DNA of 39,886 bases from Anaerolineales bacterium. Its GTDB lineage: Bacteria > Chloroflexota > Anaerolineae > Anaerolineales > E44-bin32. Each line of letters begins with the position of its first letter. Within the stretch, counting starts at the first letter, position 1. Shown piece by piece: positions 35,279 through 39,886 of this stretch. A model generated the notes under the pieces. The model did no database searches. It was not told the origin of the DNA and worked only from the letters and a program-made list of their open reading frames with translations. Made by a program: the position numbers and the translations under genes. The DNA lies in assembly GCA_022866145.1 (NCBI GenBank), contig JALHUE010000078.1:1-39886 (forward strand), read 5' to 3'.

Positions 35279-36061
35279 TTGAACATCGTTGTGTGTGTGA
35301 AGCAGACCCCCGACACCGCGGCCACGGTCACGGTACAGGACGGGAAGGTCTCGTGGGGGGACTCGCCGCTCGTGATCAACCCTTGGGATGAGTTCGCGGT
35401 CGAGCAGGCGCTGCGCACGAAGGAAGCCCATGGCGGCAAGGTCACCGCGCTCAGCCTGGGGCCGGAGTCGGCGAAGGAAGCGTTGAAGCATGCCCTGGCG
35501 ATGGGATGCGATGAGGCGGTCCTGGTCAGTGATCCGGGGATCACCGCCCCGGATTCACTGGTGGTCTCAGCCGTCTTGGCGGCGGCGATCGCCAAGATAG
35601 GGGAGGTGGATCTGGTGTTCTTCGGCCGGCAGGCGGTCGACAGCGACACCGGCATCACCGGCGCCCAGGTGGCGCGCCGCCTCGGCTGGCCGTCGTTGAG
35701 CCTGGTGGCGGCTGTCACGGCGCTGGATGCCGCGGCCAAGAGCATCAGCGTGGCGCGCATGCTGGACGAAGGGCGGCAGGAGGTCAAAGCGCCGCTGCCG
35801 GCAGTCGTCAGCGTTGTCAAGGAGATTTGCGAGCCGCGCTACCCCTCCTTCATGGGAATCCGCAAGGCTTCCAAGGCCCCGCTTCCGGTATGGTCCCTGG
35901 CGGACATTGGGATCTCGGCACCGCCGCAATCGGCGTTGACGTGGCCGGAGGTGTTCGCCCCCCCCAAGATCGAGACACGGTGCGAGGTCGTCGAAGGCGA
36001 TTCGCCAGCAGCCAAGGCCGCCGCTCTCGCGGCGCGCTTGATCGAAGAGAAGGTAATCTGA
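35279..36061 (+). CDS. etfB: Electron transfer flavoprotein beta subunit
   Basis: 260 aa. N-terminus NIVVCVKQTPDT, INPWDEFAVEQAL. TTG start with GGAGG (35268-35272), 6 nt upstream. Confidence 0.92.
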   Translation: MNIVVCVKQTPDTAATVTVQDGKVSWGDSPLVINPWDEFAVEQALRTKEAHGGKVTALSLGPESAKEALKHALAMGCDEAVLVSDPGITAPDSLVVSAVLAAAIAKIGEVDLVFFGRQAVDSDTGITGAQVARRLGWPSLSLVAAVTALDAAAKSISVARMLDEGRQEVKAPLPAVVSVVKEICEPRYPSFMGIRKASKAPLPVWSLADIGISAPPQSALTWPEVFAPPKIETRCEVVEGDSPAAKAAALAARLIEEKVI

Positions 36062-37104
36062 TGGCCAGCAAAGTCTTTGTGTATGTCGATCACTTCAACG
36101 GCCAGATCCTGCCTGCATCCCTCGAAGCTATCGGAGCTGCCAAGACCGCGGCCCTGGCGCTCGGGAGCTCTCTGACAGCCCTGGTGCTTGGAGAGCAGAC
36201 CCAGTCCTTGGCAGCCCAGGCCATCCAGCATGGCGCCGATGACGCCTGGGTGGCCGAAGACGCCAAGCTCAAGGACTTCCGCCCGGAAGCTTACGCCTCG
36301 GTGGTGGCCAAGGCCCTCCAGGAAGCCGCCCCCGAAGTGTTCATGCTGCCCACTACCGCTCGCACCCGTGAGCTGGCGGCCATGGTGGCCGTCGATCTTT
36401 CGACGGGCGTGGCGCCGGATGTCGTCGCATTCGAGATCAAAGACGGCAAGCTGCTGGCCACCCGGCCGGTGTACGGCGGGAAGATCTTTGCCAAGGTGGT
36501 CATTTCGCAGGCGCTGCCCCAGATCGTGCTCATCCGCAGCCGGGTCTTCCCTGGACCGGAGGCCGACCCGGCGAAGTCTGGTCCGGTCAAGAAGATCGAA
36601 GCGGCTGTCGGCGAGGTGAAATCCGAGGTGCTCGGATACAAGCCCAGCGATGGCGGTGTTAGCCTGACCGACGCGGCGGTGATCGTCAGCGGCGGGCGCG
36701 GTGTGTCGAACAACCCCAGCCTGACGCCGCCGGCCGAGATCACGGATGAGCGGGAGAAGGAGATCTGGCGGGCCCAGCAGGGCTTCCAGTTGCTCCGGGA
36801 GCTGGCAGCCGCCCTGGGAGGGGCGGTAGGAGCCAGCCGCGCAGCGGTGGATGCCGGATACGTCCCTTACGCCTTCCAGGTTGGCCAGACGGGAAAGGTC
36901 GTGTCGCCCGATCTGTACATCGCCTGCGGCGTGTCCGGGGCCATCCAGCACCTGGCCGGGATGCGGACCTCCAAGACGATTGTCGCCATCAACAAAGACG
37001 CCGAGGCGCCGATCTTCAAGTTGGCCCGGTTCGGTATCGTCGGCGATCTGTACGAAGTGCTGCCGGCGCTGACCAAGGAACTCCGGGCTCGCCTCGGCAA
37101 GTAG
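36061..37104 (+). CDS. etfA: Electron transfer flavoprotein alpha subunit
   Basis: 347 aa from the ATG at 36061, overlapping the etfB stop (TGATG). FAD-binding C-terminal domain ([41 protein letters not shown]). The track start at 35827 is an extension inside etfB. Confidence 0.92.
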   Translation: MASKVFVYVDHFNGQILPASLEAIGAAKTAALALGSSLTALVLGEQTQSLAAQAIQHGADDAWVAEDAKLKDFRPEAYASVVAKALQEAAPEVFMLPTTARTRELAAMVAVDLSTGVAPDVVAFEIKDGKLLATRPVYGGKIFAKVVISQALPQIVLIRSRVFPGPEADPAKSGPVKKIEAAVGEVKSEVLGYKPSDGGVSLTDAAVIVSGGRGVSNNPSLTPPAEITDEREKEIWRAQQGFQLLRELAAALGGAVGASRAAVDAGYVPYAFQVGQTGKVVSPDLYIACGVSGAIQHLAGMRTSKTIVAINKDAEAPIFKLARFGIVGDLYEVLPALTKELRARLGK

Positions 37105-37130
37105 CGATGCTCCTGAGCAGATCGGGCTCT

Positions 37131-37168
37131 GGCGTGCCCGGCCCTGCCCGGCCGGGCACGCCGTTTCT
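37131..37168 (+). terminator. Rho-independent terminator after etfA
   Basis: Perfect inverted repeat GGCGTGCCCGG (37131-37141) / CCGGGCACGCC (37152-37162), extendable to 13 bp, followed by GTTTCTCC. It starts 27 nt after the etfA stop. Confidence 0.7.
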
Positions 37169-37224
37169 CCCCAAGGCGAGGCTTCGTCCTGGCCGTCCAA
37201 CTGCAGCCAACCGTGGCGTGCCAG

Positions 37225-37464
37225 TCATGGCCTGGCATCCTGCTCAGGGACACCCGGGTCAGACCGGCGATGGATCCACTGCGCCAGGGCAAAGGCCGCC
37301 CTGCGGCGTTGCCCCTCGCTCCAGCCGTCACCCCTGGTCATTGCCTCCAAGTGCAGGAGGATGGCCTGGCGCTCTGCCTGGTCTAGCGCGGCAAGCCGGC
37401 GGCTGATCCTGTCCGGCGATTCCGAAAGAACATCGGCCCACAAGTCTTCCAGCGCACCCGCCAT
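37225..37464 (-). CDS. Hypothetical 79-aa protein (tentative)
   Basis: From the internal ATG at 37464 ([15 protein letters not shown]...) third codon positions are G/C-biased. Convergent with etfA, divergent from the GH57 gene. The longer track ORF (to 37704) would run across the GH57 promoter and start. No family recognised. Confidence 0.35.
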   Translation of the reverse strand: MAGALEDLWADVLSESPDRISRRLAALDQAERQAILLHLEAMTRGDGWSEGQRRRAAFALAQWIHRRSDPGVPEQDARP

Positions 37465-37571
37465 GCTGAAAGTGTAGCCGGGATCTGTCGACCAACGGCG
37501 GGCGCGGTGCCTCCGGCGGGAGCTCCGCGCTTTGGATTCGTCGCAGGCCGAGTGGAGCGCAGCCATGGCTC

Positions 37572-37580
37572 TGATAGAAT
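37572..37580 (+). promoter_or_regulatory. Candidate extended -10 promoter for the GH57-glgA operon
   Basis: TG (37572-37573)-a-TAGAAT (37575-37580), the third TGnTAGAAT in the window. 16 nt upstream of the ATG at 37597. No clear -35. Confidence 0.4.
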
Positions 37581-37596
37581 TGCCCCATCCGAGTGG

Positions 37597-39264
37597 ATGG
37601 GTCGCCGGATGGCCGCCGTAGGATCCTTCACCTTCGTGCTGCATTCTCATCTTCCATATGCAAGGCAGGCCGGGCGCTGGCCGCATGGGGAAGAGTGGTT
37701 GCACGAGGCCGCGGCGGAAACCTACATCCCGCTGCTGGATGCCCTCTACGATCTGCAGGCGGAGGGCGTGCCTGCCCGGCTGACGCTCACCCTGACCCCG
37801 ATCCTGCTGGAGCAGCTCGCTGACGAGGATGTCCGCCGTAACTTCGTGGAGTACCTGGATCAGAAGATCGCCGCGGCCTCAGCCGATGTTCCTCGCTTCG
37901 AGCAAGCCCAAGACCCTCACATGGCCCTCCTGGCCGGCTTCTACCGCGATGCCTACCGCAAAGTCAAATCGAGCTTTGTCGAGCGCTACCGTGGGGACCT
38001 GGTTGGAGCGTTCCGCCGATTGCAGGATGCCGGCCTGCTAGAGATCGCGACCTGCGCCGCTACCCACGGATACCTGCCGCTGCTGGACCGGGACGAGTCG
38101 ATCAACCTTCAGCTGCGAACAGCGGTGGAGTCCTACAAGCGGCACTTTGGCCGATCACCCCGTTCAATCTGGCTTCCGGAATGCGCCTACCGGCCCGCCT
38201 ACACGACCGAGGATGGGCGCGCCCGCCCGGGCATTGAGGATTTCCTTGCTGCCCACGGCCTGAGGCTGTTCTTCGCCGAGACCCACATGATCCAAGGCGG
38301 GCAGCCGGTCGGGGTCGCGGCCGGGGAAGCCATCGGACCCTACGGGGAAATCACGCGGCGGTACCTGATCCCCCTTTCTGAGTTCCACCCGGAAAAGACG
38401 GCGACCACCTACCAGGCATACTACGTCACCTCATCGAACGTGGCGGTTCTGGGTAGAAACAACCGGACTGGGTTGCAGGTGTGGAGCGCGGAGTGGGGGT
38501 ATCCGGGCGATTTCGACTACCGCGAGTTCCACAAGAAGGATGGGGTCTCCGGCATGCAGTACTGGCGGGTGTCGGGGACACGCGTCGGCTTGGGCGACAA
38601 GGATGCCTACCACCCCGACTGGGCAGCCTGGAAGGTCGGCGAGCACAGCCGCCACTTCGCTTACCTGGTCTCCGAGCTTCTCCAGACGTACCACAACGAA
38701 ACGCACACCCATGGCGTCATCGCCGCCAACTACGACACCGAGCTGTTTGGCCACTGGTGGTTTGAAGGGGTCGATTGGGTCAAAGGGGTGCTCCGCGAGC
38801 TGGCCGCCTCGGAGACGGTGGAGCTGACCACGGCCTCGGCTTGCCTAGAGCAGCACCCGCCGACCACGGCGCTCAAACTCCCCGAAGGGTCGTGGGGTGC
38901 CGGCGGCACACACTTCGTGTGGGACAACGCAGAAACTCACTGGATGTGGCCGGTCATTCATGAGTGCGAAGCCCGCATGCTCAAGGCCGCCGAGAGGTAC
39001 AAGTCCGCCGCGGGAGGCGAGCGCACGTTGCTCAACCAGGCCGCCCGAGAGCTGCTGCTCCTGCAGTCCTCGGACTGGCCGTTCCTGGTGACAACCGGAC
39101 AGGCCAAGGAGTACGCCATCCAAAGGTTTGTGCAGCACGTCGAAAGGTACCGTGCTCTGCTCGACTCGCTAGACCGGGGAGCTCCCGACCTGGATCTCAC
39201 CGCCGAACTTTGGGAAAAGGACAAAGTCTTCCCAGAGATCGACTTCCGCTGGTTCACCCAATGA
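37597..39264 (+). CDS. GH57-family 1,4-alpha-glucan branching enzyme
   Basis: About 555 aa. FVLHSHLPY, EAAAETYIPLL, WLPECAY (nucleophile region), DTELFGHWWFEG, helical C-terminal domain. Start is ATG 37597 (alternative 37609). The track start at 37507 adds non-homologous residues upstream of the predicted promoter. Confidence 0.85.
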   Translation: MGRRMAAVGSFTFVLHSHLPYARQAGRWPHGEEWLHEAAAETYIPLLDALYDLQAEGVPARLTLTLTPILLEQLADEDVRRNFVEYLDQKIAAASADVPRFEQAQDPHMALLAGFYRDAYRKVKSSFVERYRGDLVGAFRRLQDAGLLEIATCAATHGYLPLLDRDESINLQLRTAVESYKRHFGRSPRSIWLPECAYRPAYTTEDGRARPGIEDFLAAHGLRLFFAETHMIQGGQPVGVAAGEAIGPYGEITRRYLIPLSEFHPEKTATTYQAYYVTSSNVAVLGRNNRTGLQVWSAEWGYPGDFDYREFHKKDGVSGMQYWRVSGTRVGLGDKDAYHPDWAAWKVGEHSRHFAYLVSELLQTYHNETHTHGVIAANYDTELFGHWWFEGVDWVKGVLRELAASETVELTTASACLEQHPPTTALKLPEGSWGAGGTHFVWDNAETHWMWPVIHECEARMLKAAERYKSAAGGERTLLNQAARELLLLQSSDWPFLVTTGQAKEYAIQRFVQHVERYRALLDSLDRGAPDLDLTAELWEKDKVFPEIDFRWFTQ

Positions 39265-39886
39265 ACGTGCTCTTCCTGGCGGCAGAAGCCTCCCCCTTCA
39301 GCAAGGTCGGCGGGCTGGGCGATGTCGCCGGTGAACTGCCGCGCTGCTTGCGACGACTGGGCATGAATGTGCCCACGGTCATCCCACTGCACGCCTCCAC
39401 CGACACAAGTTCGCTGGTGGTGGACCGATCCCTCAAGCTCTCGGTCCCGCGGGGCGGTGGCGAAGTGGCGGCCACGGTCCACCTTGCCCGGTCCGGAGAT
39501 CAGCCGGTTTGGCTCGTCGACTCGGAGAGCATTCGATCGGCGCAGTCGATCTACTCACACCCGGCCGAGGATGGGGAGAAGTACGCCTTGTTCTGTCGGG
39601 CGGCGCTCTCAGCCTGTGAGGCCCAGGGGTGGATTCCGGACATTGTTCATGCGCACGACTGGCACGCGGCGGCGTCGGTTGTCTGGGCTCGCCAATTGCG
39701 ATTCACCTCGCCAGCGTGGGCTGCCAGCCGCACCGTGCTCACTGTCCACAACCTCGCCTACATGGGCGCCGGAAGTGAGGCCGCGCTGGAGGCCCATCAT
39801 CTGCCGCTCCCTGACCTGGCGGGCTTGCCGGCTTGGGCACAGCGCATGCCGCTACCGCTGGGGCTTGTGGCAGCCGACGGCGTGAC
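39261..39886 (+). CDS. glgA: Glycogen/starch synthase (GT5), 5' partial, continues beyond the window
   Basis: Not in the supplied ORF track. My hand translation from the ATG at 39261 gives MNVLFLAAEASPFSKVGGLGDVAGELP...HAHDWHAA...LTVHNLAYMG with no stop codon to the window end. The ATG overlaps the GH57 stop (ATGA). Confidence 0.85.
   Translation, partial: MNVLFLAAEASPFSKVGGLGDVAGELPRCLRRLGMNVPTVIPLHASTDTSSLVVDRSLKLSVPRGGGEVAATVHLARSGDQPVWLVDSESIRSAQSIYSHPAEDGEKYALFCRAALSACEAQGWIPDIVHAHDWHAAASVVWARQLRFTSPAWAASRTVLTVHNLAYMGAGSEAALEAHHLPLPDLAGLPAWAQRMPLPLGLVAADGV

Noticed and set aside
1-39886. Scan for CRISPR arrays, tandem or interspersed repeats, transposase/integrase/recombinase genes, toxin-antitoxin or restriction/defence-like modules, and tRNA/rRNA genes.
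   Set aside because: None was recognised by eye. Every large ORF maps to a housekeeping family, and the intergenic regions are short. The only multi-copy motifs found are the promoter-like TGnTAGAAT elements and the MraZ repeats. A tRNAscan/Rfam/repeat-finder run would be needed for a formal negative.

Overview
GC-rich bacterial chromosomal window made up almost entirely of core housekeeping genes, tightly packed with many overlapping stop/start junctions. I cannot assign a lineage without a database search.

(1) Plus strand, 220-17973: a near-complete division/cell-wall (dcw) cluster. Order: mraZ-rsmH-ftsL-like-ftsI-murF-mraY-[112-aa orphan]-murD-ftsW-murG-[CvpA-like membrane protein]-murC-[58-aa orphan]-murB-ddl-ftsQ-ftsA-ftsZ. 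It is preceded by an extended -10 promoter and a 10-bp-phased GTGGGG repeat array that looks like a MraZ operator. murE is absent.

(2) Plus strand, 18154-22474: a dNTP-supply block, nrdR-nrdJ (class II RNR), a hairpin, then [116-aa orphan]-deoxynucleoside kinase.

(3) Minus strand, 22544-33825: a UDG-superfamily glycosylase coupled to an endonuclease IV-like TIM-barrel gene; an orphan cytoplasmic multi-GAF/PAS histidine kinase; a compact operon lipoprotein-mtaB-yqeY-pgpH-like-ybeY-dgkA; and a secreted TPR protein.

(4) Plus strand, 33911 to the window end: acyl-CoA dehydrogenase-etfB-etfA with a strong terminator, a small convergent ORF, then a GH57 branching enzyme and a 5'-partial glycogen synthase. 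The glycogen synthase is missing from the supplied ORF track; I translated it by hand.

I saw no rRNA/tRNA, CRISPR array, transposase/integrase or defence-like module. I do not see a convincing novel multi-gene system. The best candidates for undescribed biology are the small orphan ORFs translationally embedded in the dcw and dNTP operons, plus a recurring TGnTAGAAT extended -10 motif with very short leaders. Most long ORFs in the track that lie antisense or out of frame to recognised genes are GC-rich artefacts.
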